Assembly (NCBI GenBank): GCA_951406725.2
Contig: OX597834.1
Span: forward strand, 6,076,001-6,140,000
Direction of reading: 5' to 3'
Source of the DNA: Octopus vulgaris
Taxonomy: Eukaryota
Length of the DNA: 64,000 nt
How positions within the stretch are numbered: position 1 is the first letter of the stretch; the number at the start of each line of letters is the position of its first letter. Positions 48,822 through 61,917 of the stretch are shown here, in pieces. The notes below the pieces were generated by a model. The model did no database searches, had not been told where the DNA came from, and saw only the letters and a program-made list of their open reading frames with translations. The translations under genes were made by a program, and so were the position numbers.

Positions 48822-49048
48822 TGTGTGTGTTTGTGTGTCTGTGTTTGTTCCCTAGCATTACTTGACAACCGATGCTGGTGTGTTTATGTCCCCGTTACTT
48901 AGTGGTTCGGCAAAAAGAGACCGATAGAATAAGTACTGGGCTTACAAAAGAATAAGTCCCAGGGTCGAGTTGCTCGATTAAAGGCGGTGCTCCAGCATGG
49001 CCATAGTCAAATGACTGAAACAAGTAAAAGAGTAAAGAGTAAAAGAGA
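48616..49048 (+). mobile_element. SINE family A
   Basis: Full copy. Confidence 0.9.
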
Positions 49049-49195
49049 GATGTTGACTAACGACCTGTCAGTCAGAATCGAACTCAGTCATAAGTGAAGG
49101 AGAAGGTGTACACACATGTGAATTGAGGGCTTGAGGCTTCATGCCAAGGGAGGGGCCTGCACACCATCTTGAGTGGAGAACACAATGAGGAATTA

Positions 49196-49436
49196 GACAT
49201 TTCCTAATGTTTTTATTGATTTGAGGATATATTTAACGATGCCCGTAACTGTCAGTTCAGGTGAACGAATTTTTGCAAGATTAAAACGGATTAAATCATA
49301 CCTACGGTCTATAGTCTCACAAGAGAGACTAAATAATTTGGCAGTGGAACCAATAGAAAATGACATTACAAAAATCATTGACTTTGAAATGATTTTGAAA
49401 GACTTCTCTGATAAAAACGCCAGAAAAGGTTTAATC
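49196..49436 (+). pseudogene. hAT transposase C-terminal dimerisation-domain remnant
   Basis: FPNVFIDLRIYLTMPVTVSSGERIFARLKRIKSYLRSIVSQERLNNLAV..IEND; possible terminus ...GGCCCTG at ~50260. Confidence 0.9.
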
Positions 49437-49440
49437 ACAA

Positions 49441-49900
49441 ACATCATCATCATCATCGTTTAACGTCTGTTTTCCATGCTAGCATGGGTTGGATGGTTCG
49501 ACTGGGGTCTGGAAGCCAGGAGGTTGCACCAGGCTCCAGTCTGATCTGGCAGTGTTTCTACAGCTGGATGCCCTTCCTAATGCCAACCACTCCGTGAGTG
49601 TAGTGAGTGCTTTTTACGTGCCACCAGCACAGGTGCCCGGGGAGGCTGGCAATGGCCATGATCAGTTGATGCTTTTTACATGCTACCAGCACAGAAGCCA
49701 GTCAAGGTGGAGCTGGCATCGACCACGTATGGATGGTGCTTTTTACGTGCCACTGGCACAGGTGCCAGGGGAGGATAGCAACGGCCAAAATCGGTTGGTG
49801 CTTTTTACGTGCCACCAGCATGGAAGCCAGTCAAGGTGACACTGATATCGGCCATGTACGGATGATGCATTTGATGTGCCACCGGCACAGGTATCACAAC
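49441..49900 (-). mobile_element. SINE/repeat family C with internal repeats
   Basis: (CAT)n, core, then repeated GTGCTTTTTACGTGCCAC modules. Confidence 0.85.
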
Positions 49901-50381
49901 TACAATTTCCATTTGCTTTTTTGATGTTGATTGTGATGTACTTGACTCAATAGGTCTCCTCAAGCACAGCAGGTCACTCTACGATCTAAGGTAAGTACAG
50001 CAGGCCATCCTGCAATCCAAGGCACTTTGGAAGGAGAAGGGATTACTCACAAACAGTATACCAGTAATTATCTTGACTTGTAATAAAACATTCAAGCTTT
50101 CATATGAGCTTCCAAGTTTTAGTATATCGTTGTGGTAGATGGTGGAGCCTCAAGCCCTCAGTGCTTTTCGGCTGGGACTGGCATACAAAACGAAACATAA
50201 AGTAAAGGACCCCATGAAGAATTCTGTAACTGGGCTCCATACATCCTAGCACTGGCCCTGTCTACATGTAACATAAAAACATCCAACAAGTCTCCTTCCT
50301 ACTGCTTAGTATCTTGGGCAAGTATCTCTACTACACTTGCAAACTAACCATGTCTCAGCATGGGAAAATAAATGTAAAGCA

Positions 50382-50414
<33 letters not shown>

Positions 50415-50449
50415 TGTATGTGTGAGTGTAAGTATTTGAGCATTTTTCT

Positions 50450-50833
50450 ATGGAAGCACTCCGTTGGTTACGACGACGAGGGTTCCGGTTGATCCGATCA
50501 ACGGAACAGCCTGCTCGTGAAATTAACGTGTAAGTGGCTGAGCACTCCACAGACACGTGCACCCTTAACGTAGTTCTCGGAGATATTCAGCGTGACACAG
50601 AGAGTGACAAGGCTGGCCCTTTGAAATACAGGTACAACAGAAACAGGAAGTAAGAGTGAGAGAAAGTTGTGGTGAAAGAGTACAGCAGGGATCACCACCA
50701 TCCCCTGCCGGAGCCTCGTGGAGCTTTAGGTGCTTTTTGCTCAATAAACATTCACAACGCCCGGTCTACGAATTGAAACCGCGATCCTACGACTGCGAGT
50801 CCGCTGCCCTAACCACTGGGCCATTACGCCTCC
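50450..50833 (-). mobile_element. SINE family D, full length
   Basis: Minus head GGAGGCGTAATGGCCCAGTGGTTAGGGCAGCGGACTCGCAGTCGTAGGATCGCGGTTTCAATTC (tRNA A/B boxes). Confidence 0.85.
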
Positions 50834-51285
50834 ATGTGTGTATAGATATACATAGGCGTATTACAAGATACGATGAGGAATAAACCAGGCAGATGTATTA
50901 TCGTTTCGATCACAGTTATGACATGGAATTCTTAGAGTTTTGATATTCTTATATAATCTTCAGATGAAACAAATCTGAGGCAGAAGCTGCTTTGTTGTTG
51001 ATAAACAATGATTTATGTGTATTCGTGTTCTTACATATCCAAACATGCATGTGTGTGTGTATGTATACATACATTCACAGCCAAATTCATTCTTAATGCT
51101 TAGCTTTAGAACACAAATACCTGCCCTCCACCATCAAAGGTGGGGGGTGCGTTGTTAGGAATTCTAAGGAAAATTTGATAAAAAGCTTTCAAGTTGAGTA
51201 TTTAAACAGACATATATAAACGAAACAGCTCTCTCTCTCTCTACAATATACCCGTATAAGTGTGTATGTGTGTATGGAAATATGC

Positions 51286-51287
<2 letters not shown>

Positions 51288-51316
<29 letters not shown>

Positions 51317-51743
51317 TGTATGTATGTATGTATGTATGTATGTATGTATGTATGTATGTATGTATGTATGTATGAATGTATGTATGTATGCATGCATGTA
51401 TGTATGTATGAATGTATGTATGTATGTATGCATGTATGTATGTATGTATGCATGTATGTATGTATGAATGTATGTATGCATGCATGTATGTATGTATGAA
51501 TGTATGTATGTATGTATGTATGTAAGTATATATGTATGAATGTATGTATATATGTATGAATGTATGTATATATGTATGAATGTATGTGTGTATGTATGTA
51601 TATATGTATGTATATATGTATGAATGTATGTATGTATGTATGTAAGTATGTATGTATGAATGTATGTATATATGTATGAATGTATGTATATATGTATGTA
51701 TGTATGTTTGTATGTATATATGTATGAATGTATGTATGTATGT
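51288..51743. repeat. (TATG)n microsatellite
   Basis: Direct reading. Confidence 0.95.
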
Positions 51744-51916
51744 GATTTTACAAGTAAGAGCCTAAAAGTATTGAATACGAAAGTGGAATGTAAACATTTA
51801 TTTATTATACCACGGTGATCACTGCATCACCCTGCGTATTTGTGCATGTACCAGTTAACGCATTATATAGTTTCCTAACTGGCAGCAAGAGTATAAAGGA
51901 AAATGAAAAGCAATAA

Positions 51917-51927
51917 TATATATATAC

Positions 51928-51984
<57 letters not shown>

Positions 51985-52138
51985 TGTTTATGTATGTATA
52001 TATATGTATATACACATATATATATATATATATTCACAAATATGTATACACATGTATGTGTGTGTGCATGCGTGTATATATGTGTGTGTGTATGTATATA
52101 CATGTCTGTGTGTATGTGTGTGTGAGCATGTATATATA

Positions 52139-52186
<48 letters not shown>

Positions 52187-52244
52187 TACGCATACATATA
52201 TATATGTATAGGTATATATATGTGTGTGTGTGTGTGTATGCATA

Positions 52245-52316
<72 letters not shown>

Positions 52317-52355
52317 CATACACACATGCACATATACACTCATGTATGTATATAC
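51917..52355. repeat. (TA/TG/CA/GA)n compound microsatellite
   Basis: Direct reading. Confidence 0.9.
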
Positions 52356-52670
52356 GTGTGCATCTTTCCAATCCTCCCCATCCCCCATCCCACATCCCAC
52401 ATCCTCGAATTCTCTTCTACTTGTTGATCGCCACCCTCCTCCACCCGTTCCCTTAATCCTTCCCTTCTCACTCATATTCATCCATCACTCATCTCATCTC
52501 TTAATCACCTCTGCTACTCATACGATGATGAATAACCATACATACCTTACCCCTCATCCAATCCTTCCACCCCCTAAATCCCACCACCTTCCAATCATCA
52601 TCTTGATGATTCCGCATCTCTCGCACTTGACTTGGGCTTTCTATAAAAGATTGCTTTAGGCCATCCTTCC

Positions 52671-52759
52671 TTGCTCTCTCTCTCTCTCCCTCTCTCTCTC
52701 TCTTTCTCTCTCTCTCTTTCTCTCTCTCTCTTTCTCTCTTTCTCTCTCTCTCTTTCTCT

Positions 52760-52797
<38 letters not shown>
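52671..52797. repeat. (CT)n microsatellite
   Basis: Direct reading. Confidence 0.95.
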
Positions 52798-52802
<5 letters not shown>

Positions 52803-53125
52803 TTGTCCTATATACATATATATATAAAGGTGTGTATCAACATTTATCCCCAATAACACTGACATTTCTATACATTCACCCATCACTCACTCTTGACTTG
52901 GTTCACCTCTGCTATTGTCCTGCTACTCTCCACCACCCTCACTTCTACAATTTCAATGCATCTACCTTCAAACTGTTGTGCCTTTCAACCACTTATCTCT
53001 CAAATAAAGTTTTCATTTAGCAGCATATTTTAACAGGAAGGAAGGAAAGAAAGAAAACAAATAAAAAGTACAAAAGATTAAATGATCTAGAGAAAAAACC
53101 CTCAGAATTATTTCAGCAAGGGAAC

Positions 53126-53330
53126 AAATTTTGCTGTGTCTAGGGAGGGTCATCATACCAATATAATTAACACACACACACACACTGGTTAAATTCCACT
53201 CATTTACTAAATACCTAATTGTTTTGTTTTTGTTTGTCAAAGCTCAGATATTTAGTAAATGAGTGGAATTGAACCTGTGTGTGTGTTAATTATATTGGCA
53301 CAATGACCATCCCTAGACACAGCAAAATTT
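53126..53330. mobile_element. Palindromic MITE-like element
   Basis: AAATTTTGCTGTGTCTAGGGA...ATTCCACTCATTTACTAAATA mirrored by TATTTAGTAAATGAGTGGAAT...TCCCTAGACACAGCAAAATTT. Confidence 0.75.
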
Positions 53331-53924
53331 TTTTCAACACACAAAGTCACATAAAGAATCTTACCAAGCAAATACAAAAACGAAGGAAACAAATGAAAAT
53401 GGTAAAAGTGTTGGCAGAGGTGGAATTAACCATTTCAAACCAGCCATATCAGGTCCAAATTTTCTAGCCAGAGCCACCCCCTCACACCTACTCTACAATG
53501 TCATTTCAAAAATAAACAATCACATCACCGAAATCTTGAAGGTATGAGATAATGCCAGATTAATTCAAACCAATGTAGATAAATGCCTTTCATCCTTTCG
53601 GGGGTTGATTAAATAAGTACCAGTTACGTACTGTGGTCGATGTAATCAACTTAATTTCTTTGTCCTTGTTTGTCCCCTCTATGTTTAACCGCCCCACCCC
53701 CATAGACAATAGAGAAATAAATATAGTATTACTTTCGATTCAGTTTAAATGAAAAACTTGTGAGTTCACCAATTTTTGGAGCCCTTTTAAAATTTTGAAT
53801 TTTCAGCTGTTAACAAATCCTCATCCAGACCTAATCCAAATGCTGGATGTTCAAGAACCAAATGAAGGGCAGATTTTCAATCCCAGGATCATCCTGATTC
53901 CAAAACGGTATAATATGTCTATTC

Positions 53925-54160
53925 GACGGAGAGCTGGCAGAATCGTTAGCACGTCGGGCGAAATGCTTAGCGGTATTTCGTCTGCTGTTACGTTGTGAGT
54001 TCAAATTCCGCCAAGGTCGACTTTACCTTTCATCCTTTCGGGGTCGATAAATTAAGTACCAGTTACGCACTGGGGTCGATGTAATCGACTTAATACCTAT
54101 GTCTGTCCTTGTTTGTCCCCTCTATGTTTAGATCCTTGTGGGTAATAAAGAAATAGGTAT
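53925..54160 (+). mobile_element. SINE family B
   Basis: TSD GGTATAATATGTCTATTC at 53907 and 54156. Confidence 0.9.
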
Positions 54161-54438
54161 AATATGTCTATTCAGAGCAAATGTGGACTGAGATACAGGG
54201 TTTCTAGACAGAAGGTCAGACAGAACTTTGCATTTATTATTATAGATGGACACTTGACCACCAGAGATAGCAGTAATTCATCTTGCTGCCAACGACGGTT
54301 GGCAAATGTACAGAGAAAAGCATGAGGTTGAGCATTTCTTTTAGTGATGTCTTGTCAACAGTTACTTTTGTGGCAGCGACATGAGAAAAATTGCCCGGTA
54401 TACTCTGCAAGCTGGTTGTTGATAGGAAGGGCTGCTAT

Positions 54439-54787
54439 TAAGGCAGCAAGCTGGCAGAAACGTTAGCACGCTGGGCGAAATGCGTAGCCGTATTTCATCT
54501 GCCATTCACGTTCTGAGTTCAAATTCCGCCGAGGTCGACTTTGCCTTTCATCCTTTCGGGGTTGATAAATTAAGTATCAGTTATGCACTGGGATCGATAT
54601 AATCAACTTGATCTGTTTCTCTGTCCTTGTTTGTCCCCTCTGTGTTTAGCCCCTTGTGGGTAGTAAAGAAATAGGTATTTCATCTGCCGTTACCATCTGG
54701 GTTCAAATTCCGTCGACTTTGCCTTCATCCTTTTGGGGTTGTTTGTCCCCTCTGTGTTTAGCCCCTTGTGGGTAGTAAAGAAATAGG
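54439..54787 (+). mobile_element. SINE family B with second, deleted body in tandem
   Basis: TSD ATAGGAAGGGCTGCTATT at 54422 and 54783. Confidence 0.9.
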
Positions 54788-55732
54788 AAGGGCTGCTATT
54801 CAAAGGAACCAGGGTGAAGTAACATGTTGGACCATCAGTCAATGAGAAGAGTGGTTTCCAATAAGAAGTGACTTGGATCAGAATAACTTGTCCAATTCAT
54901 GCCAATATGGAAGAGGAACATATGAAGAAGTTGATTTTATAGCCATGTGTGTGTGTGTGTTTATGTACGTATGGCCTTGTATGTAGTATGTTCCATTTGA
55001 GAGACAGAAATTTCAATATGTTTTACATCAAAAATCTGACAGGTTTATGAGATGTGTGTGTGTGTGTGTGTGTGCGTGTGCAAGATTCATATAGCCAATA
55101 CCAATTTTTCATAGTGTGTGCATGTGTGTGTGTGTGTGCATTTGTGTGTGTATGCGTGTGTATGTATGTGTGCATGCATGCATGCGTGCATGTGTGCATG
55201 CGTGCATGTGTGTGTGTGCATGCATGTGTGTGCATGTGTATGTATATCCTCATCATCACCATCATTGTCACTCCATGTGCACTTCCCATGCTGGCAGGGG
55301 CTGGTTGGTTTGACAGGGAACTGGTGAGCTGCAAGTTTCTATGGCTAGAAGCCCTTCCTATAATGCCAACCACTTCACACACTGTATGGGTGCTTTTTAC
55401 ATGGCACCAGCACTAGTGAGGTTGCCTTGTAATTTGCAAGACAGAAAAAAAAGAACAGGGAAAGAAGAGAAGGAAAGAGAGGAAAAAGCTCCACAGACAT
55501 TAAGGTTACAATTGGTTTCATGTTAAGGAATGTCTCAACAATTATGAAGCCTGCCACATGGAACATCAATTGAGACAAACACATACGTTTTCATACAATA
55601 GGCTTGATAATTGCTGAGGTATTCCTCAGCATGAAAGCAACGGTAGTCTTCATACACTAGTGAACACCAATGTGGTGTTGAGCATTCATTCTCATTGATC
55701 AATAGCTACATATATATATATATATATATATA

Positions 55733-55971
55733 TACCGGAGTAAGCACATAAATGCGAAGCCAGGTGGTGAAAAGAATACTCAAATACTAGCGGTGGAGTA
55801 ATATGCTTTATTTAAATGCTGCAGAAATATATCCAAAGCTGTTACTCGGAGTTTCACATTCCTGTTCGTCAGACAGTTTTGTTGCAAAACTGTCTACAAA
55901 ACTGTCCGACAAACAGAAACATGAAACTCTAAGTAACAGCTTTTGTTATATTTCTGCTGCTTTTAAATAAA

Positions 55972-55972
<1 letters not shown>
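55733..55972. mobile_element. Palindromic Penelope-like terminal cassette (family 2) within (TA)n
   Basis: Arms 55807-55972; (TA)n on both sides. Confidence 0.8.
55839..55876 (-). ncRNA. Canonical minimal type I hammerhead ribozyme
   Basis: CUGU-CUGACGA-ACA(GGAA)UGU-GAAA-CUC(C)GAG-UA-ACAG: all core bases and three stems present. Confidence 0.8.
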
Positions 55973-56015
<43 letters not shown>

Positions 56016-56175
56016 AAGTATATTTGCCATCTCAATATGGCTAACCACTAAGGGTGGATGTTACTGTGCTTGTAGCCCCAGGAGAATATCTCCTCAAGCT
56101 GGCTATTGACACACTTTCTGTGCCCTATCGGTATTTGCAAAGGGAGGTCATCCTTCCCTCATCAACCTAAGTAAT

Positions 56176-56221
56176 ACGCATGGACTGCAGTTTCTGGGTA
56201 TTGACCCATCATCAGCGCATG
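56176..56221 (-). ncRNA. Type I hammerhead ribozyme, perfect core, weak stem I
   Basis: CUGAUGA-UGGGU(CAAU)ACCCA-GAAA-CUGCAG-UC. Confidence 0.7.
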
Positions 56222-56329
56222 ACAGTCATCGGTTTTCGATGGAAGGGTCCCAATGCAAATATTTATATCCTTTTTCCAGTAACTTTTCGTCACTGATCTT
56301 CAAGAAGTTTATACAACCAATAATAAATG

Positions 56330-56574
56330 TGTGTGTGTGTGTGTGTATAAATTTATGTGTGTCTGTATCTGTGTTTGTCTCCCCACCATCACTTGACAAC
56401 CGATGCTGGTGTGTTTATGTCCCCATAACATTGCAGTTCAGCAAAAGAGACTAATAGAATAGGTACTAGACTAACAAAGAATAAGTCCTGAGGGTCAATT
56501 TCTTTGACTAAAATTAGCCTTCAAGGTGATGCTCCAGCATGGCTGCAGTCCAGTGACTGAAACAAGTAAAAGAA
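56330..56574 (+). mobile_element. SINE family A, 3' half
   Basis: Similarity to the family A tail. Confidence 0.8.
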
Positions 56575-56591
56575 CTTGTGTGTGTGTATGT

Positions 56592-56633
<42 letters not shown>

Positions 56634-57767
56634 CATGATATGACAGAAAGATGAACAATACTGGACAAGGTTTTTGTCAGTGAAGAAAATATGAAAATAT
56701 CTGATCTAATCAGCCTCTTCGTTTGCTTGTTGTTTTCATTGGATTTTTATGGTTTTGCTCTGTTTTTGGTGGTGTGTTGTTACCTGGCTATTAATTAGCT
56801 GTCATATGAAACGTCAGTATCTATTTTATCTCATCTTATACAAATATAGAACATCTTCTGTTTATGGTTCCAATGATTGATGTCAGTTTTATTGACATCA
56901 ATATTGTTTCTAATACAGCAACAGTTTAAGATGTTTTCGTTTAGAACAGAAATTGTCTTGTGGATATTATGGGAATTTTTATGCCAGATTTCTTTATTCC
57001 ACTTCTTAGAGAAATTAAACTGAACTGTCTCAATGGAACAATTTATTTCTCTGACTTTGCCATCGTAGATGCAAGGCATGCCAGTGTGGCTAATATGCTT
57101 GCTTAGCATCCTTGGGGTTTCAGGTTCAGTTCCACTGTATGGCACTTAGGGTTAGTGTCTTTGTAGCCCCAGCTGAGCAATGGTTTGTGAGTGGATCTGG
57201 CTGATGGAAACTGTGTGGAAGCCAGTCATATGTATGTACATATGGTTCCCAAGGACAACTTTCAGTACCAGTCTTGTGCCATTGTAGTAGGTTTAACTGT
57301 CAACATCTTCCCAGCAGCCTTGACATAAATAATAGCCTTGAGATGCCAGCAATGGCTAATCCCACTGTGGATATATATATATATGTATGTATATTCAATA
57401 TGTAAATGGAAGATCCTAGAATCTAAGTGTAGGAAGCTTGTAGGTTTTGAGAAGTCTATGGTAGGTATAAAAAGCAGCATTCAGGAACAATAATATTTTA
57501 TTGACATCAAAAGTAGGAAACACTTTCCATAATAGATAAGTATATGTATTGATGGAAAACCTCTATGGATGGCTGAAGATTGCTCAACATTTTAAACTTG
57601 ACGTAATACTTACAATGTTTAATAAAACGATGTAGCATGAAACGATCATACCAAATTACCGAAGATATCCTTGTTGCTTACTTTGATTATAATCACCCCA
57701 TTTATTTATATGGATAATACTGTACAAAATTCTGGTGCATCTGAATTAAGTACCATAATCATTTGAA

Positions 57768-57809
<42 letters not shown>

Positions 57810-57811
<2 letters not shown>

Positions 57812-58110
57812 CTATGGACACATATGAGATGCAGTGGAATTACAGGTAGATTAACAGTTAAAGCCATCTTTGTATGTGGCAGGTGTGCAGGAACAATAAA
57901 CACTAAGAGCACACGGGACTTAGATTCTCTCAAATGCCCAGGAGGCTCTCTTGAGGTTGTGGATGGTTTCTGTTACCTAGGTAACCAAATTAACAATGAC
58001 AGAGGATGCTCTGAAAATATTGCTTCTAGAATAAGAATAGGGTGGAGGAAGTTCAGAAAGTTATTACCTCCGTTGGGCAACAAAAGGATTCTCAGAGTGA
58101 AAAGTAGACT
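57810..58110 (+). pseudogene. RTE-clade LINE RT fragment
   Basis: WTHMRCSGITGRL...FVCGRC...LEVVDGFCYLGNQINNDRGCSENIASRIRIGWRKFRKLLP. Confidence 0.8.
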
Positions 58111-58389
58111 GTGTTCAATTCTGGCTTGGGTTAGCTCATCATTTTCCAGGGAATTGTTTATATAAAAAAATGTTGCTTTAAATTAGAGTATATATATTAT
58201 TATTATCATTATTATTATTATGATATATTATTGTATAGTTATTACTGTACTAAGAGACTTCCATAGTTGCTCTGTCTTCGTAACTTATGAAGCCTTCGAG
58301 CTTGTTTACAAATATTATATGGAGTAGCCTAAGTGCCAAGCAGTGATTAGGAATAAACAAATTTTAGGTCAGATAAAATATGTTTGTGG

Positions 58390-58801
58390 TACTCTTTACT
58401 CTCTTTACTCTTTAACTTGTTTCAGTCATTTGACTGTGGCCATGCTGGAGCACCGCCTTTAGTCGAGCAATTCGACCCCAGGACTTATTCTTTGTAAGCC
58501 TAGTACTTATTCTATCGGTTTCTTTTGCTGAACTGCTAAGTTATGGGGATGTAAACCAGCATCGGTTGTCAAGCGATGTTGGGGGAGGGGACAAACACAA
58601 ACACATAAACACACACACACACACATATATATATACATATGTGTGATGGCCTTCTTTCAGTTTCCATCTACCAAATCCACTCACAAAGCTTTGGTCAGCC
58701 CGAGGCTATAGTAGAAGACACTTGCCCGAGGTGCCATGCAGTGGGACTGAACCCAGAACCATGTGGTTGGTAAACAAGCTGCTTACCACACAGCCACTCC
58801 T
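58390..58801 (-). mobile_element. SINE family A
   Basis: Full copy. Confidence 0.9.
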
Positions 58802-59312
58802 GGCTAAAAGTAAATTCATCACAATTACCATAGTGGAAAAATGTTCGCATATAGTAAAAGGTGCAAATACACCATATCCGTCCAGTGCTTATCCCTATCA
58901 GATTCCCAGATGCATGTTTCTGGCTCTTTCGCCTTCCTCAATGGGAAACACCAAGGAGAGATAAACCAGAAATGCACATCCGGAAATATGATAGGTGGGA
59001 GCACTGAGCAGATATGCTGCTTTTATACATTTTAGCCATAAGAGAGAATATCTTTTCCACGGTAACTGCACAGAATTTGCTTTTGGAAGTTGAAATATGT
59101 CAGAAACAGTTCAGGCATTGGACTCAGTTGAGTGTCTGAATAACATCCTATGGTTTCATTGGGGCCTTGAAGAAGGGTAATTGATTTGGGAAAATAGAAT
59201 TATATTTGTTCGATATACAGAGAAAGAATTACCTGTGAGAAGGTCATTAGTGATATATATAAAAAGTGTATGTCTAAAAGAAAATTAGATTTATATATAT
59301 ATATATATATAT

Positions 59313-59495
59313 ATAGATCATTAGCCACTACACACACTTTTTTTCTCTCCTTGTTTTTCTGTATACCTTTCTGTAGAAGAGCATAGGCTCGAAACGTAAA
59401 AGACTTTTTTTTATTCCTGAGCGTTATACTAATACATCTGTTTGTTTTGTACACCACCTGTCTTCGTGTTTTGTTTTTTTGTAAACTTTCCCTAT
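59313..59495 (+). mobile_element. Solo pLTR family 1 in (TA)n, HHR variant at 59367-59402
   Basis: CUUU-CUGUAGA-A-GAGC(AUAG)GCUC-GAAA-CG-UA-AAAG. Confidence 0.75.
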
Positions 59496-59728
59496 ATAAA
59501 TATATATATATATATATAATACAGGATAACATTTTTCAAAAAAAATTCTATCAATGGCCAGTATATTAAAAAATACTTTTAAAGGATAAATTTATAAACA
59601 TTTTATAAACAAGTTCTTTATATATATATGTGTTTATATATGATTATATATGTTTATATATGTTTATATATATACACACACACATATATATATAGAGAGA
59701 GAGAGAGGGAGTGAGAGAGAGAGAGAGG

Positions 59729-60210
59729 GGCAATTATGCAGATAAACAAACTAGATGTATTAAAAATAATATAATAGTTTGGGCATGAAACACAAAATAT
59801 ATGTTTATATATGTTTATATATGTTTATATTTGCATACATGCAAAACAAGAGAAAAGCAGACGATGTAGACTTTCAGACGCCGGATATTTCAGTACAAAT
59901 GTATAGAGATTTTATATTTAAGTACAAATATATAGATATTTATATTAATAGATCCAACTTTCAGAGAGTGCAAATGACGGAGAAAAATAAAAGGGTAGAA
60001 GAAGAGAGTTTTCTTAGTCGTTTGTACCCTGTGTACCTAGGATCTATTAAATATAAATATCTATATATTTGTACTTAAATATTCATCATCTGGAAGTTTG
60101 TATCTTTTGTTTTCTCTCATTTTGCATCTATACATATAGAAATATTTTGTTCTTCATGCCCAGACTATTATATATTTGCGATAACTAATTTGTTTATCTG
60201 CATAATTGCC
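59729..60210. repeat. ~480-bp degenerate palindrome
   Basis: Three mirrored blocks: GGCAATTATGCAGATAAACAAA, ATGCAAAA..AGAGAAAA and TATTTAAGTACAAATATATAGATATTTATA. Confidence 0.8.
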
Positions 60211-60356
60211 TCTGCATCGACTCAACTCGATCCTTCTTTTAGCCACTTTTTACCCAGTGGAATCGATCCCCTTGTAAAGAATTCTGAATCTAAGTTTGAA
60301 TCTTTTGAGCACAACTAAATGTCTTCTATACTGAGAATCTCTGGATCTCATCTGTG

Positions 60357-60395
<39 letters not shown>

Positions 60396-60547
60396 CATTA
60401 TATATACTTTATTCAAAAGCAGCAGAAAATTCAACAAAACCTGTTACTCTGAGTTTCACGTTCCCTTTGGCTTTTACATGCCGAAATCTACTTGGTGAAA
60501 TTAATGATTATTCCAAATTAATTAATTTCACCCTATATTATTACTGA

Positions 60548-60594
<47 letters not shown>

Positions 60595-60734
60595 TGATTT
60601 GAAAACCCCACTAGAATGGGAGAAATCGCTAATGATCTAAGTGATATGATATATATATAAAAAATGTGATATACAAATAAATATCTGTAAATATAAACCA
60701 TCTGATCTTCTGAGTACCTCATTTCTTCTAATAT

Positions 60735-60786
<52 letters not shown>

Positions 60787-61521
60787 GTTTAAATATTTGT
60801 TGTGCAAGATTTTTTATGTGAAGTCGTGTGTTGAAACAGATATTGTTATATTTCGGAATGGTCATATTGCCAGTTTAGCCAATAAAAACACACGCACTAT
60901 ATATTTGGTGTTATTTTGCTTCAGTGATATTTATTTTTTACATTAATCTTAATCTTATTTCGGCCAAAGTTCTTTCGTCACACTCCTGTGACCGCATCAG
61001 TGGTCCTTTGTTTTCTTCTCACTTACTTGTGTCTCTCCTTACTAACCGTCAGCCATTTTGTATTTCTATTGTATGTCTTCATTTGCGCATGCTTATATCT
61101 CTATGTGCGTCTATGTTTATTTAGTGTGTGTGTGGGGGGGATGCCTGTAATATTTGTATCTTCTGGTTATATACATTCTTGTAATTTGTATTTTGTTTTT
61201 GTTGTTGTTGCTTTTGTTCTAATTTTGTTCATGTGTTTACATCCACCCATTATCATCATTACATATGCTTGTATGTATGTATAACAACAATATTAGTAAT
61301 AATAATAATAAATCTAATCGAAAAAAAAAAAAAAAAAAGAATATACATATACACATATATATATACATACACATACATATACATATATATATATATACAT
61401 ATATACACACATATATACACATATACATATACATATATATACACATATACATATATATAGATATTCATTTCTATTTCTTTAATTACCTGTGTATTTATTA
61501 TGTTTGCAGGATCCACTATTG

Positions 61522-61848
61522 TCATATGTTGTGGTGTGCGCTATTGCTCCATTCTAGTTTTCTATTCAGGCTAGGTTTATTTTCTATTATATGTGTAGCT
61601 TCTGTAATTTGTCTAATTGTTGCATCTGTTCTATGTGTGGACAATATCTTAATCTCTATGTTATTGATTGATCCCCCGTGTTCTTGTTCGGCGTGTTGGT
61701 ACAGAATCGATGAGCTTTTACCTTCCTTGAGTTGTCTCCAATGTTCATTCACCCACTCACCAATGCTTCTTGCAGTTTCCCCTACGTATGTTACTGTCTT
61801 GTTACTGCATTGTCCCTCTATACATCTTATACTATAGACCACATTTCT
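61522..61848 (-). pseudogene. GIY-YIG endonuclease domain of a Penelope-like element
   Basis: NVVYSIRC...TYVGETARSIGEWVNEHWR...SILYQHAEQEH...RQITEATHIIENKPSLNRK. Confidence 0.92.
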
Positions 61849-61872
61849 GGCTTTAAGTGAGAAGAAAACAAA

Positions 61873-61917
61873 GGACCACTGATGCGGTCACAGGAGTGTG
61901 ACGAAAGAACTTTGGCC
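61873..61917 (+). ncRNA. Hammerhead-like variant (mirror copy at 60962-61006, minus)
   Basis: GGACCA-CUGAUGCG-GUCACA(GGAG)UGUGAC-GAAA-GAAC-UU-UGGCC. Confidence 0.55.

Noticed and set aside
50760-50833. Possible tRNA gene
   Set aside because: tRNA-like head continues into a SINE body; no complete cloverleaf or terminator
50891-50966. CUGAAGA...GAUCGAAACG hammerhead-like motif on minus
   Set aside because: Stems I and II and the cleavage triplet cannot be formed convincingly; at best a fossil
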